DNA of 43,094 nt from Octopus bimaculoides (GCF_001194135.2 NC_069000.1:8916856-8959949), one strand, 5' to 3'. Positions 10,252-21,564 are shown, counted from the first letter of the stretch. The notes: generated by a model from the letters alone, not told the origin. Numbers and translations are program-made.

Positions 10252-10255
<4 letters not shown>

Positions 10256-10297
<42 letters not shown>

Positions 10298-10307
10298 NNN
10301 NNNNNNN

Positions 10308-10350
<43 letters not shown>
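10256..10350. repeat. (TG)n microsatellite with a 10-N gap (10298-10307)
   Basis: Direct reading. Confidence 0.95.
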
Positions 10351-10352
<2 letters not shown>

Positions 10353-10394
10353 ATCCTTATGGTTCCAACCTACCCGAAACTGCCTCTCGTTCTG

Positions 10395-10590
10395 ATTCAT
10401 CATCAACATCTTTGAAAATCCATATTCCATGTTGGCACCGATGGAACAGTTCAACAGGACCCGACAAGTGCAAGAATTGCATTGTGCTCCAATGTTTGTT
10501 TCGACACAGCTGGATGCCCTTCCTCTCACTTTACAGAGTTTACTGAGCACCATTTTCACGGCGCCAGCACCGGTAGGTTTGTCATGCAAC
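10395..10590 (-). mobile_element. Family G repeat (RTE-like 3' region, (GAT)n tail)
   Basis: catcatcaac...ccatattccatgttggc and ctggatgcccttcct match the reverse complement of the copy at 26375. Confidence 0.65.
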
Positions 10591-10960
10591 TCTTAAAACT
10601 AAGATCCCCTCTAACTGGGTAGAAGGGGATCTTTGTCTTACTATATAAGCCCCAGTTTTCACAGAGTGAGAATGTAGTAGAAAGTGAGATAGGTTTAATG
10701 CTAGGAGGTGAGACTTAAGTTTCAAAACTAATTGAAACCTAGAGATGGTGTATTTTGGTAGAAGTACAGCAATGAAAGGGTGGATTTGTTAATCCTTTAG
10801 AATATAAACTGAATTCTGTGCATGCGTTTCTCCTTTGAATTACGTAATTGGAATGGTATGTTGCCAACATTTGCTTCTTTCACCACCTTGGGACCTCATT
10901 TGTATCTGAAGTTAGCCTCAGATGATACTACCAGTGGGAGTGAGAAAGGAGGAGTGTTGA

Positions 10961-10999
<39 letters not shown>

Positions 11000-11221
11000 T
11001 CCTAAATGTTAACGGCCATTTTGATTTGAAACATATTTCTAAATTTACTGTTAAAAATACCAGTTTTCTCTTGGGGAATTTTTAGTTTTGCAGTTGGAAA
11101 GAGCTTGTGTTGAATGGTTGCAGTGGCGGAGGAGCAAGAAAAGGGTGGATGGGTGTAATTAATAGAGGGTGGTGGGTGAAATTATATTTTTAGTCTTCAA
11201 TATTCTGCTGTACATAGTATA

Positions 11222-11366
11222 GGTGCAGGCATGGCTGTGTGGCTAAGATGTTTGCTTGGCAGCCACATAGTCTCAAGTTCAGTCCCACAGCGTGTCACCT
11301 TGGCTAAGTGTTTTCTATTATTGCTCTAGGCTGAACAATGTCTCATGAGTGAAATTGGTACACAGG

Positions 11367-11437
<71 letters not shown>

Positions 11438-11500
11438 TGTGTACTCACATATATGTGTGTATAAAATGTGTGTATGTACATACTCATGAATATGCATGTA

Positions 11501-11533
<33 letters not shown>

Positions 11534-11620
11534 GCGCAGAGCAATGGAGTCAATTTGTTCTATTAAAAACCTTCAAGGAAGCGTACCCTAGCATGGCTGC
11601 AGTCCAACGACCGAAAAAAA
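11222..11620 (+). mobile_element. SINE-B with expanded central (TG)n/(CA)n and deleted mid-body
   Basis: Head gcatggctgtgtgg...agttcagtccc at 11229-11286; tail cttcaagg..ctagcatggctgcagtcc at 11571-11605. Confidence 0.8.
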
Positions 11621-12074
11621 AAATGGCCGACCTTCACCACTTGTTACAGTTTTCCCACAAACGCAACATGTTAACTCTAACCTGCTCTACTGTTTAGTAT
11701 ATAATTTTTGAATTTCAACAATCAAGTGCTTATCTTAAACTAAGTTTATCGTGCATTACCTTTGAATTAGTCACTCAACAAGTACCAATTGCTTTGCTTA
11801 GTTATCATTGTTCTATATAATGGGACAAACTGCTTTATCTAAACATGGGTTCATATTTCCACAGATAGTACAATGATTAATTGTGTGTGCACATGAGAAT
11901 GGGTTGTGGTTTTTTTCATATATTTATTCATATATTTATTTTTGGTCTCTTTTTTTTCATGCTACTTGCTAAGTTGATCTGCAACAATTGATTTAAAGTG
12001 AATTTGAAGTAAATAGTTAAAAAAAAAAAGTTTTCTTTTTAAAATGCATGAAAATAATAACCAGGTTATTTTGC

Positions 12075-12208
12075 TTATGTTAACCCAGATCTAACAGACC
12101 AAAAATACTTCAGTAATGTGACCATCCCAACTTTCAAATGCTAGATTGTAGTGCAAGGGAAATTGGCTGCTATTTTTAGCAGATCGGGCAACCGTGTAGA
12201 TGCCTTCA
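12075..12208 (-). mobile_element. Family F repeat
   Basis: gtgaccatccc...gggaaattggctgctatttttagcagatcggg. Confidence 0.65.
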
Positions 12209-12544
12209 TTTTTGGTTCATAAATAACCTGCTAATTTAGTTACTTCAAGGAAAATCACCACCGAATTGATAAGGTCAGGGTGTTTTGTGGGTCGGGAGAT
12301 TTGGCTGCTCTCTCTAGCATACTGAGCAACTACATAGTACTCAACACATGCCTATGCATATGTTTGTGTTATTTTACTTTAATTAGATCTAAAAGTGTTA
12401 ATAGTGGTTTGTAGTGCTGTTTGATATTTGTTGCTTGAAATACATTTTTCTTCAAATTCTGGAAACCAAAAAAAGTCACAGTTAATGGCAGTCTCTAAGG
12501 GAATTAAAACATTTTTGCTAAGAATGTCACCCAGTTTCTGTCTT

Positions 12545-12673
12545 CTAAATGTACTCACAAGGCTTTGTGCAAGTGTCTTCTACTATAACCCTGGGCTGAC
12601 CAAAGTGCTTCACGATGAAACTGAACTCAAAACCATACGGTTGCAAAGCAAGCTTCTTAACCAGTAAGCCACG
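12545..12673 (-). mobile_element. SINE-B head carrying a 43-bp internal micro-inversion
   Basis: Minus-oriented flanks (ctcacaaggc; actgaactc..gcaagcttctt) enclose a plus-oriented gcaagtgtcttctactataaccctgggctgacc. Confidence 0.8.
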
Positions 12674-12877
12674 TCAAGATTGTTTTTTTCGTTCTTTTTT
12701 TTTTTAGTCAGGTAGGGGCATTCAGTAGTGTGGTGATGTGGTAGGGTGTAGCAGATATCAGAACTACCACCACCACCACCACCACCACCACCACCATCAT
12801 CATTAATGGCACCCATAGCCATCATCATCATCTTCACAGCTACTGTCATTATTTTTCCTTCCATCTCCAACTGAGAA

Positions 12878-13635
12878 NNNNNNNNNNNNNNNNNNNNNNN
12901 NNNNNNNNNNNNNNNNNNNNNNNNNNNNNNNNNNNNNNNNNNNNNNNNNNNNNNNNNNNNNNNNNNNNNNNNNNNNNNNNNNNNNNNNNNNNNNNNNNNN
13001 NNNNNNNNNNNNNNNNNNNNNNNNNNNNNNNNNNNNNNNNNNNNNNNNNNNNNNNNNNNNNNNNNNNNNNNNNNNNNNNNNNNNNNNNNNNNNNNNNNNN
13101 NNNNNNNNNNNNNNNNNNNNNNNNNNNNNNNNNNNNNNNNNNNNNNNNNNNNNNNNNNNNNNNNNNNNNNNNNNNNNNNNNNNNNNNNNNNNNNNNNNNN
13201 NNNNNNNNNNNNNNNNNNNNNNNNNNNNNNNNNNNNNNNNNNNNNNNNNNNNNNNNNNNNNNNNNNNNNNNNNNNNNNNNNNNNNNNNNNNNNNNNNNNN
13301 NNNNNNNNNNNNNNNNNNNNNNNNNNNNNNNNNNNNNNNNNNNNNNNNNNNNNNNNNNNNNNNNNNNNNNNNNNNNNNNNNNNNNNNNNNNNNNNNNNNN
13401 NNNNNNNNNNNNNNNNNNNNNNNNNNNNNNNNNNNNNNNNNNNNNNNNNNNNNNNNNNNNNNNNNNNNNNNNNNNNNNNNNNNNNNNNNNNNNNNNNNNN
13501 NNNNNNNNNNNNNNNNNNNNNNNNNNNNNNNNNNNNNNNNNNNNNNNNNNNNNNNNNNNNNNNNNNNNNNNNNNNNNNNNNNNNNNNNNNNNNNNNNNNN
13601 NNNNNNNNNNNNNNNNNNNNNNNNNNNNNNNNNNN
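12878..13635. other. Assembly gap (758 N)
   Basis: N run. Confidence 1.
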
Positions 13636-14042
13636 CCTTAAAATATGACTGAGAAAGAGAGAGAGAAGGGTGAGGAGGGAAGAGCAATAAATGTAATAGG
13701 AGAGAGTCTTCAAGGGTCAGGTCTCAAACACAATACTCTTAGTCTGGTGATGGCAGTGGCAGCAGTGGTGGTGGTGAAGGGAACTGTGGTAGTGGCTCTA
13801 GCAGTTTGTGGTGGCAGTGGTAGTTATACTGATGGTGGGGCTCATGGCTATACTTGTTGGGAGGTTGTTGCTTAGTTGGTGATAATGATGGTTAACTCTG
13901 GCCCTAGTGGTGGTTGTAGTGAAGATGGTACAAGATGGTGCTTGTGCTCCCTATAGTTGTGGTGGTGCCTAGTGATGTGTACTCGTAATGAGGATGTCTC
14001 ACCACTAAAACTGCAGGTGTTGTGTCTGTAGTAGAAAGGATC

Positions 14043-14302
14043 GGGCGGCGAGCTGGCAGAAACGTTAGCACGCTGGTCGAAATGTTTAGTGGTATTTCGT
14101 CTGCTGTTACGCTCTGAGTTCAAATTCCGCCAAGGTTGACTTTGCCTTTCATCCTTTCGGGGTCGATTAAATAAGTACCAGTTACGCACTGGAGTCGATA
14201 TAATCGACTTAATCCGTTTGTCTGTCCTTGTTTGTCCCCTCGGTGTGTAGCTCCTTGTGGGCAGTAAAGATTAATAATTATTATTATTATTATCATCATT
14301 AT
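14043..14302 (+). mobile_element. SINE-A, full head, variant 3' end, (ATT)n tail
   Basis: ggcggcgagctggcagaaacgttagc A-box-like start; gagttcaaattcc B-box-like; CpGs largely intact. Confidence 0.9.
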
Positions 14303-14405
14303 TGGGGCTGGCAGAATCGTTTGCATGCTGGCTGAAATGCTTACTGGTGTTTGAGCATTTCGGTCCGCTGAGGTCATCCTTCGAGGTCGATAAAATAAAT
14401 ACCAG
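14303..14405 (+). mobile_element. Second SINE-A copy, tandem, running into the gap
   Basis: gctggcagaatcgtttgcatgctggctgaaatgctta...gtcgataaaataaataccag. Confidence 0.8.
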
Positions 14406-14779
14406 NNNNNNNNNNNNNNNNNNNNNNNNNNNNNNNNNNNNNNNNNNNNNNNNNNNNNNNNNNNNNNNNNNNNNNNNNNNNNNNNNNNNNNNNNNNNNNN
14501 NNNNNNNNNNNNNNNNNNNNNNNNNNNNNNNNNNNNNNNNNNNNNNNNNNNNNNNNNNNNNNNNNNNNNNNNNNNNNNNNNNNNNNNNNNNNNNNNNNNN
14601 NNNNNNNNNNNNNNNNNNNNNNNNNNNNNNNNNNNNNNNNNNNNNNNNNNNNNNNNNNNNNNNNNNNNNNNNNNNNNNNNNNNNNNNNNNNNNNNNNNNN
14701 NNNNNNNNNNNNNNNNNNNNNNNNNNNNNNNNNNNNNNNNNNNNNNNNNNNNNNNNNNNNNNNNNNNNNNNNNNNNNNN
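14406..14779. other. Assembly gap (374 N)
   Basis: N run inside the SINE-A cluster. Confidence 1.
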
Positions 14780-14880
14780 GTGCCAAAAATTTGAAATTAT
14801 TATTATTAAGAGGACAAACTGGCAAAATTGTTGGCATACCCAACTAAATGCATAGTAGCCTTGTATCTACAGTAGAAAGG

Positions 14881-14919
<39 letters not shown>
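14780..14919 (+). mobile_element. SINE-A tail, then a deleted head+tail copy, then (ATT)n
   Basis: gtgccaaaaatttgaaattattatt | aaactggcaaaattgttggca...gccttgtatctacagtagaaaggattattatt. Confidence 0.7.
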
Positions 14920-14920
<1 letters not shown>

Positions 14921-14921
<1 letters not shown>

Positions 14922-15059
14922 AATAACTCTCGGTATTAAGCTGGTGTTTGGAGCATAAATTAACATGGAATTTTGATGGAAGGTTGTAATTTTGATAACT
15001 TCAAAAGAGTGTCGTAGATCCAGAAGCAGTCTCAGGCTGGTTGGTATTGTAAGGGTTAA
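14921..15059 (-). mobile_element. piggyBac-type MITE family E, truncated
   Basis: Ends aaggg|TTAA (15056-15059); internal attaagctggtgtttggag is the reverse complement of 26761-26780. Confidence 0.65.
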
Positions 15060-15244
15060 ACTGTTTGTCGCCTTGTCTGTTATTTAAGTTTGTTATGTCA
15101 CATTGGTTCATTTCACGCTTGAATTCATTCACTTCACTGACTCTCAGTACCTGTAATTATCCAGTCGCAGCCAATAACTTGTTGATTTAAAAATAAGTTA
15201 AAATGTCCTCTAAGACTTTAAGTGGGTTATTATTATTATTATTA

Positions 15245-15450
15245 TTATTGTTGTTGTTGTTAGCTCCTGGTGAAGATCAAAGGCATAAAATCTTCAAACC
15301 CCATGATCATCTTCCCCACCAAGAAACTGCGTGCCCTATATAATTAGCCAATGGTGGTGGTGGTGAATTTGTTTGTTTCTATTTTATAGATGATAAAGTG
15401 TGATTTGAGAGAGATTAGGCTGCTATGTCTATCACATTGAACGTTTCACT
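15245..15450 (-). mobile_element. Family F repeat, decayed
   Basis: (GTT)n then tagctcctgg..gatcaaaggcat; gagagattaggctgctatgtcta. Confidence 0.55.
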
Positions 15451-16029
15451 TTGAAGCTATGTTGTTGACTTGAAGGTTAATTTAGGTCAGCAGTCACTCA
15501 ATCTGCTAGAAACAGCAGGAAGTCTTCCTCAAATTACACCCTACCCAAATGGCCTTGTACTTTATTCTATCATTCATTTTTGTTGAATCAGTAAGTGATG
15601 GGGATGCAAACAAACCAACATTAGTTGTCAAGTAGTGATGGGTGACAAACAGGACACACACACGCATGCATAATTTAATATGCCTATGACAGACTTCTTT
15701 GGTTGGTATACGTATAGTAGAAGATATTATTATCAACTGGTAGATATCAGCATGCACCAGCAAACAATTTGTTTGTTGAATTTATGATGAAGAAATACAG
15801 ATTTAGATTCATTTGTCCAGAGCAATTTTAACTGAGGAGACACAATGATGTTGAAACACTAGGTGTCCCAAAGTCTCCTTATGCTAATGAATCAAGTGTA
15901 TTGTGAACACACATTGTCTGAATGGAGTTGTTCTACAATGACAAAATACAACAGCAATTAACATATTCACATTTGAATCTGCCAGAATCTATCAAGAATG
16001 AATATGTCATCATTTGTTATTCTTTGTAT

Positions 16030-16231
16030 TGTTAGCATGTCAGACAACATGCTTAGTGGCGTTGCATCCATCTTTACATTCTGAGTTCAAATTCCACCAA
16101 AGTCAACTTTGCTTTTTATCCTTTGAGGGTCAATAAATTAAGTACCAGCTGAGCACTGGGGTCAATATAATTGACTAGACCCCTACCCCAAAATTTCAGG
16201 TTTTGTGCCAATAACAGAAAGGATTATTATT
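16030..16231 (+). mobile_element. SINE-A, CpG-decayed
   Basis: ttctgagttcaaattccaccaaagtcaactttgc...aagtaccagctgagcactggggtc...agaaaggattattatt. Confidence 0.9.
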
Positions 16232-16330
16232 CGTACTGTTTATAGTAATAGTATTATTGTTATTTGTGATAAGAATAATATTTGTTTTTGAAAATGCAAG
16301 ATATCATGTGTATTGAATAAAAGACAAGTC

Positions 16331-16429
16331 TTCTGATAAATTCTCTCTTTTTTTATTTGTAGGTAAGTGTGTGTGTGTGTATTCCACACTACTTTTATCT
16401 GTTATGAATTAACCGAAAGTCTGGTGAGT
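16331..16429 (+). other. Candidate recursive-splicing (ratchet) site with a 61-nt cryptic exon
   Basis: Branch-like CTGAT 16333-16337, 20-nt pyrimidine tract 16341-16360, AG|GTAAGT at 16361-16368, second donor CTG|GTGAGT at 16424-16429. Confidence 0.45.
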
Positions 16430-16707
16430 TGTTTTGTTCTCTTTCTTTTTTATTTGATAAGATGATATACCTGAGATGGTAAAAACGAAGTAATTAAAAA
16501 TTTCTTAAATGACATTACTTTAAATAGTGGCCGAATTCATTATAGCTGCAAACTAATAGTTTGTAAATGTTTCAATTCACCCCCACTCTTTTTTTTTTAT
16601 TATTCTTTTTTTTTTATTATTAGAAATACAGTAATTCCTCACTTTATGAGACCCCCAGGTTTTCGTTCTTTTACGAGTTTTTTCCATGAATGAATTAACT
16701 CATATAT

Positions 16708-17107
16708 NNNNNNNNNNNNNNNNNNNNNNNNNNNNNNNNNNNNNNNNNNNNNNNNNNNNNNNNNNNNNNNNNNNNNNNNNNNNNNNNNNNNNNNNNNNNN
16801 NNNNNNNNNNNNNNNNNNNNNNNNNNNNNNNNNNNNNNNNNNNNNNNNNNNNNNNNNNNNNNNNNNNNNNNNNNNNNNNNNNNNNNNNNNNNNNNNNNNN
16901 NNNNNNNNNNNNNNNNNNNNNNNNNNNNNNNNNNNNNNNNNNNNNNNNNNNNNNNNNNNNNNNNNNNNNNNNNNNNNNNNNNNNNNNNNNNNNNNNNNNN
17001 NNNNNNNNNNNNNNNNNNNNNNNNNNNNNNNNNNNNNNNNNNNNNNNNNNNNNNNNNNNNNNNNNNNNNNNNNNNNNNNNNNNNNNNNNNNNNNNNNNNN
17101 NNNNNNN
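16708..17107. other. Assembly gap (400 N)
   Basis: N run. Confidence 1.
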
Positions 17108-17226
17108 TCCATTTCTGATTTATGTGTGTGTGTGTCTGTGTGTGTGTATGCCACATGTGTAACAAGAAAAGCAGTAGATCTCAGTATCATTAGAAACAGA
17201 AGTAAATTGTGAGTTTTTCTCTTGTA

Positions 17227-17265
17227 TTAAATCTTTAGCATTCAGATTACTCTGTCAGATGTAAT
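17227..17265 (+). mobile_element. piggyBac-type MITE family D, left-end fragment
   Basis: TTAA-atctttagcattcagattactctgtca matches 34300-34330. Confidence 0.65.
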
Positions 17266-17327
17266 TTTTTTTGTTTTTTTGGGGTTTTTTGTTTTTGTTT
17301 GGGGGTGGAGGCAAGTGATGTCTTAAA

Positions 17328-17466
17328 CCGTAACATAGCGGTTCAGCAAAAGGGACCGATAGAATAAGTACTAGGCTTACAAAGAATAAGTCCTGCGGTC
17401 GATTTGCTTGACTAAAGGCGGTGCTCCAGCATGGCCACAGTCAAATGACTGAAACAAGTAAAAGAG
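17328..17466 (+). mobile_element. SINE-B 3' part
   Basis: ccgtaacatagcggttcagcaaaagggaccgatagaataagtac...gactgaaacaagtaaaag. Confidence 0.9.
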
Positions 17467-17479
17467 TAATTATTTAATA

Positions 17480-17611
17480 CAATTCTTTATAATATTTCAT
17501 TATAAAAATATAATAGGATTTTTTAAGGCATTATTAAATGGCTATGGGGATCCAACAGAATAAAGCAGGTACCAAAGGGGTCCATGGGCAAGAGATGGTT
17601 GAGAGACACTG
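17480..17611. mobile_element. hAT/Charlie-type MITE right end
   Basis: aaaggggtccatgg...ggttgagagacactg followed by ctttagag (8-mer with central TA, Buster-type); left end not found. Confidence 0.5.
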
Positions 17612-17678
17612 CTTTAGAGAAAGATGTTAAAAAGAGAAAGAAACATAGAGGGGCTCAGGTGACATTAGCCCATGAGTA

Positions 17679-17892
17679 AAGGCGACGAGCCGGCGAAATC
17701 GTTAGCATGCTGGACTGAATGCTTAGCGGTATTTTGCTCATCGCTACATTCTGAGTTCAAATTCCGCCAAGGTCAACTTTGCCTTTCATCCTTTCGGGGT
17801 CGATAAATTAGTGACCAGTTGCGTACTGAGGTCGATCTAATCGACTGGTCCCCTCCCCTAAAATTTCGGGCCTTGTGCCTAGAGTAGAAAAG
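17679..17892 (+). mobile_element. SINE-A, full-length young copy with perfect 15-bp TSD
   Basis: ATTAGCCCATGAGTA at 17664-17678 and 17893-17907; A/B-box-like motifs; most CpGs retained. Confidence 0.95.
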
Positions 17893-18744
17893 ATTAGCCC
17901 ATGAGTATTTAGATGAAAGGGGTACCAGGGAAAGAAGGATAGAGGGATGAAAACCAGAAACCCTTCCCCCCCCCCCCTGATTTTTGTCTTGTTTTAGTGC
18001 TGCAGTTGGGTTTACAAGTGATGACCTTGTTAAAAGTGAACAAGCATGAACATCTAAAACTCTCCTAGTTCCCTCTCCTGTATGTATATTTATGGGGGAC
18101 TTTAATGATCTACTGGATGGTCTTTTAATGGAGTGTTCGTTTACACATGTTGACATAAATCAAAACAACTCTCTCCCACCCTCCCTCTTTTCTTTCCAAC
18201 AAGTGTTCCTCTTCTCCTCCCTCCTTGCTAATAAGTGTTCCTTTTATCCTCTCTATCTTTTCTAACAACGGTTCCTCCTACCCTCACCCCTCCTAACAAG
18301 TGTTTATCTCTTGTACATCTATCTGGAACATTCGAAGTGAAGAGCTGTTTTATTGTGGATACTAGTAGGCTCTTAATGTAAAATCACTTTATAAATAATG
18401 CATGGCTTTACAGGTAGGTAGGTAAATAAGTCTGTACAGTATGTAAATGACGTTATGGGGGCTGGAGGAAAGGGGGACATCATCTAAGCCTCTGTTGTAG
18501 TTTCCAAAGGCTTGACCTTTCTCTTTACAAGCGATGACTTTACCTGCAAAGTTCATGAATGCCACAAACTATACATGATGTTGATGACAATAAGAAGAAA
18601 GGAATTTCTTTTATTAGCATAACTGATAGGGCAGGAGGGGGAGGCATTAACCAGAACAGATCACAAAAAATGGCAGGAGGAGTGGTGGTGGTGGTGGGGA
18701 TCTCGATATGATTGGGAAATAAAGTGACATGAAAATGTGTTTTT

Positions 18745-18798
18745 ATATCATCATCATTTTATGTTCATGTTCCATGCTGGTATGGGTTGGCTAGGTCC
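18745..18798 (-). mobile_element. Family G tail fragment
   Basis: tcatcatcattttatgttcatgttccatgctggtatgggttgg. Confidence 0.6.
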
Positions 18799-18809
18799 AA
18801 GGAAAACAT

Positions 18810-19337
18810 CGTTTCGTATGTTTTCGTGTTCTGGGTTCAAATTCCACCAAGGTCAACTTTGCCTTTCATCCTTTCAGGGTTGATAAATTAAGTACCAGCT
18901 ATGCACTGGGGTTGATGTACTCAACTTAATCCCTTCTGCCAAATTTGAGGCCTTGTGCTTCCAGTAGAAATTATTATTATTCATTTTCTCCAGCTTGACA
19001 TTCTGAGTTCTAATTCTGCCATGGTCAGCCTTGTTTTTCATCCTTCAAGGGTCAATAAAATAAATACCAGTTGAATACTGGGGTTGATGTAAATTGACGT
19101 ATCCCCCTCCCCCGAAATTGCTGGCCTTGTGACAGAAGTGGAAATCATTATTAAGTAAAAAATCATCAGTATGTTGGACAAGATGCTTGGCAGAATTTCT
19201 TCCGGCAGAGTTCAGCTTTGCCTTTCATCATTTCAGGGTCAACAAAATAAGGTGACCAGTCAAACACTGGGATCAACCTAATCAACTGAACCCATGCCTC
19301 ATAATTGCTGGCCTTTGCGCCTAATTTGGAAGCAACC
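18810..19337 (+). mobile_element. Three head-to-tail SINE-A copies (about 18810-18981, 18983-19152, 19160-19337)
   Basis: ctttgcctttcatc / aagtaccag / ggccttg motifs occur three times in series; the first two copies end in ATT. Confidence 0.85.
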
Positions 19338-19707
19338 ATCCTCGTCAACAGCATCCTTAAAACCACCACATCATCATCATGGCAACACCGCTACTTTAAC
19401 CCACCACTACCATCTATTATTGTCGTTCTCATCATCATCATCATCCCCCATCATTGTCACAACTCCAACCCACCACCATCTATTATTCTCATTTTCGTCC
19501 TCCTCCTCCTCCTCCTCCTCCTCATTATTATCCCCATCATCATCATCATTGTCATTATCAGTGAAACCAAATGTCTACATTCTAATCATTGTCCAAAGCT
19601 GTCTTGTGGCCACCTGAAATAACGAGAATCACTAGCTCAAGATTTAAAGGTAAAAAAAAAAAAAGAAAATACATATATATACACACACACACAAATATGT
19701 ATGTATG

Positions 19708-19741
<34 letters not shown>

Positions 19742-19949
19742 TACATATAAAGTGACATGTTTACATTTTTTTTTTTTTCACTTGTGCTGTGTCAAATGGT
19801 GTTAACCTGCTGGCAAGAGATGGGATTCCTGGGTTCCTTGGCATTATGCCAAATTGATAATAGTGACAATCTCTTGGCATTCTCTGGTAAGAGACAACAA
19901 ATCCATTGACTGAATATTAAACGACAAAGCGAATAGTGTTTTACTTGGT

Positions 19950-20190
19950 CTCTCTCTCTCTCTCTCTCTCTTCTTGATCTATTTCTCTCTATCTCTTATT
20001 CTCTCTTTTTTATCTCTCACTCTTTCTTCTCTCTCTCACACTTTCACTCACTCACTCTCTTCTCTCTCTTCTTTTACACTCTCTCTCTTCTTTTACACAC
20101 TCTCTCTCAACTCTCACACTTTCATTCTCTCTCTTCCCTCTCTCCCTTCCCCCTACTCTCTCTTTTCTCCCCACAACCCTTACCATTCCT
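19950..20190. repeat. CT/CA-rich low-complexity tract
   Basis: Direct reading. Confidence 0.9.
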
Positions 20191-20793
20191 TGTTCCCTTT
20201 TTGCCCTCTTCCTGTATTCCTCCATCAAGGAATGGAACCAGAATCGATGGTAGCAAAGAGGTAGATAGGTTGGTAGGTAAGTTGGTTGAGATTTGCACTC
20301 CCAATAATTATTGCATTTTCACCATTCCTTTCCTCATCCTACCTCCATCCAACCTCGCCTACCACTTCCTAACACTTCTATTGTTATTCATCAGCTTTTC
20401 TGTTTCTTCCCCCGCCCCCTGCTTTGGTTCGCCCTGCCACTGGGCACTTGGTTTGCCTGCCTGCCAGGGATGTCCACTGTGCAGATAATATTGTGCAAAC
20501 AAAATTGAATAATAAACCATGTCCCTCTTTCTCCTGTTTCCCCCCTCTCTTCTCCCTCCTTCTCCTCTCTATCTCTCTCTCTCTCTCCTGATAGCTCAAA
20601 GACATGATTGTTCCAGCAATGTTTCATTTCTGTTGGTAAATGGTGAAAATGGTAAACTGGTGAAATTGCGTGATTCACTTTTATGGCATCTCTGAATGAA
20701 AATGGCTTATTTTCAAGGAGTTCCCACCTTCTTCTCCACAGCATGCACAATTGGACCTCCACTCTTTCACTATTTGCGTGCGTGTGTGTGTGT

Positions 20794-20835
<42 letters not shown>

Positions 20836-21564
20836 CTATATGCTCTCTTTCCATGTATCTTGTCTCATATCTATTTTATAGTCTTTCTGTTTTCATGCAT
20901 ATGTGTGTCTGTACACATATGAATATATATGTGTATGTGTGTATCTATCTATGTATGTATGTGTGTATGTATACGTGTGTGTGTACATCTATGTCTATAT
21001 ATGTGTGTGTATATATGTACATGTGTTTGCGTGTGTGTATAACTTCTTTCCACTTTAATTAGAAATCTTGTGTGAAAGCTGCCCCTTTTGGGACTTCCCT
21101 GTATGCCAAGTCTGGCACCAAACTTAATTGGACCCTGCACATCTATCAAGATAGATTAGCAGCTCTGTGCTTCCCAACCCTTCACAGAAGGAAAAATCCT
21201 CTCATTCTAGCTACCATTGCTACCTGCTATCTCTCCCACCAAATTCATAATTCCCAGTAGATGTTGTTGTCTTGGCAATTTTATACACATTTTAAAATTT
21301 ATAGAATCCTAACCCAGCAGAGAGAAGTTCTAGAAATATATCTATTTTGTTTTTTTAATCATAATTTGAAAGTTTGTGCTGTGTATTAGAAAAAAAATTA
21401 GACACAAGAATTTTTAAAAGGTTTCTCATAAAATGTTGCTATGCAATTTAATTGTATATGGTTATATGAGACTGAAATAGAAGTGGGAGATGTTATTCAA
21501 ATTCTTTGAATAACATCTGTATTTAACTCCATTTATTTACTTATATATATATATATATATATAT

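Noticed and set aside
10601-10633. Perfect 10-bp stem AAGATCCCCT/AGGGGATCTT as a Helitron end or terminator
   Set aside because: No CTRR terminus at the expected distance; one such stem in 43 kb is near chance.
11618-11632. aaaatggccgac as a second YY1-like motif
   Set aside because: Imperfect match, formed at the A-rich end of a SINE-B tail.
14043-14920. Hypothesis that the R4/Dong-like LINEs mobilise SINE-A
   Set aside because: Polarity mismatch: SINE-A has sense (ATT)n tails whereas the RLE remnants end in sense (TAA/AAT)n, and no shared 3' sequence is visible.
10022-19337. CRISPR-like arrays (15-bp repeat, tandem SINE-A motifs)
   Set aside because: Eukaryotic context, no unique spacers of constant length, no cas genes.
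19796-19892. Open frame MVLTCWQEMGFLGSLALCQIDNSDNLLAFS ending at CTG|GTAAGA
   Set aside because: No good acceptor, no recognisable protein; 30 codons is within chance.
20274-20282. TAG|GTAAGT
   Set aside because: No pyrimidine tract; lies in a TAGG-type repeat.
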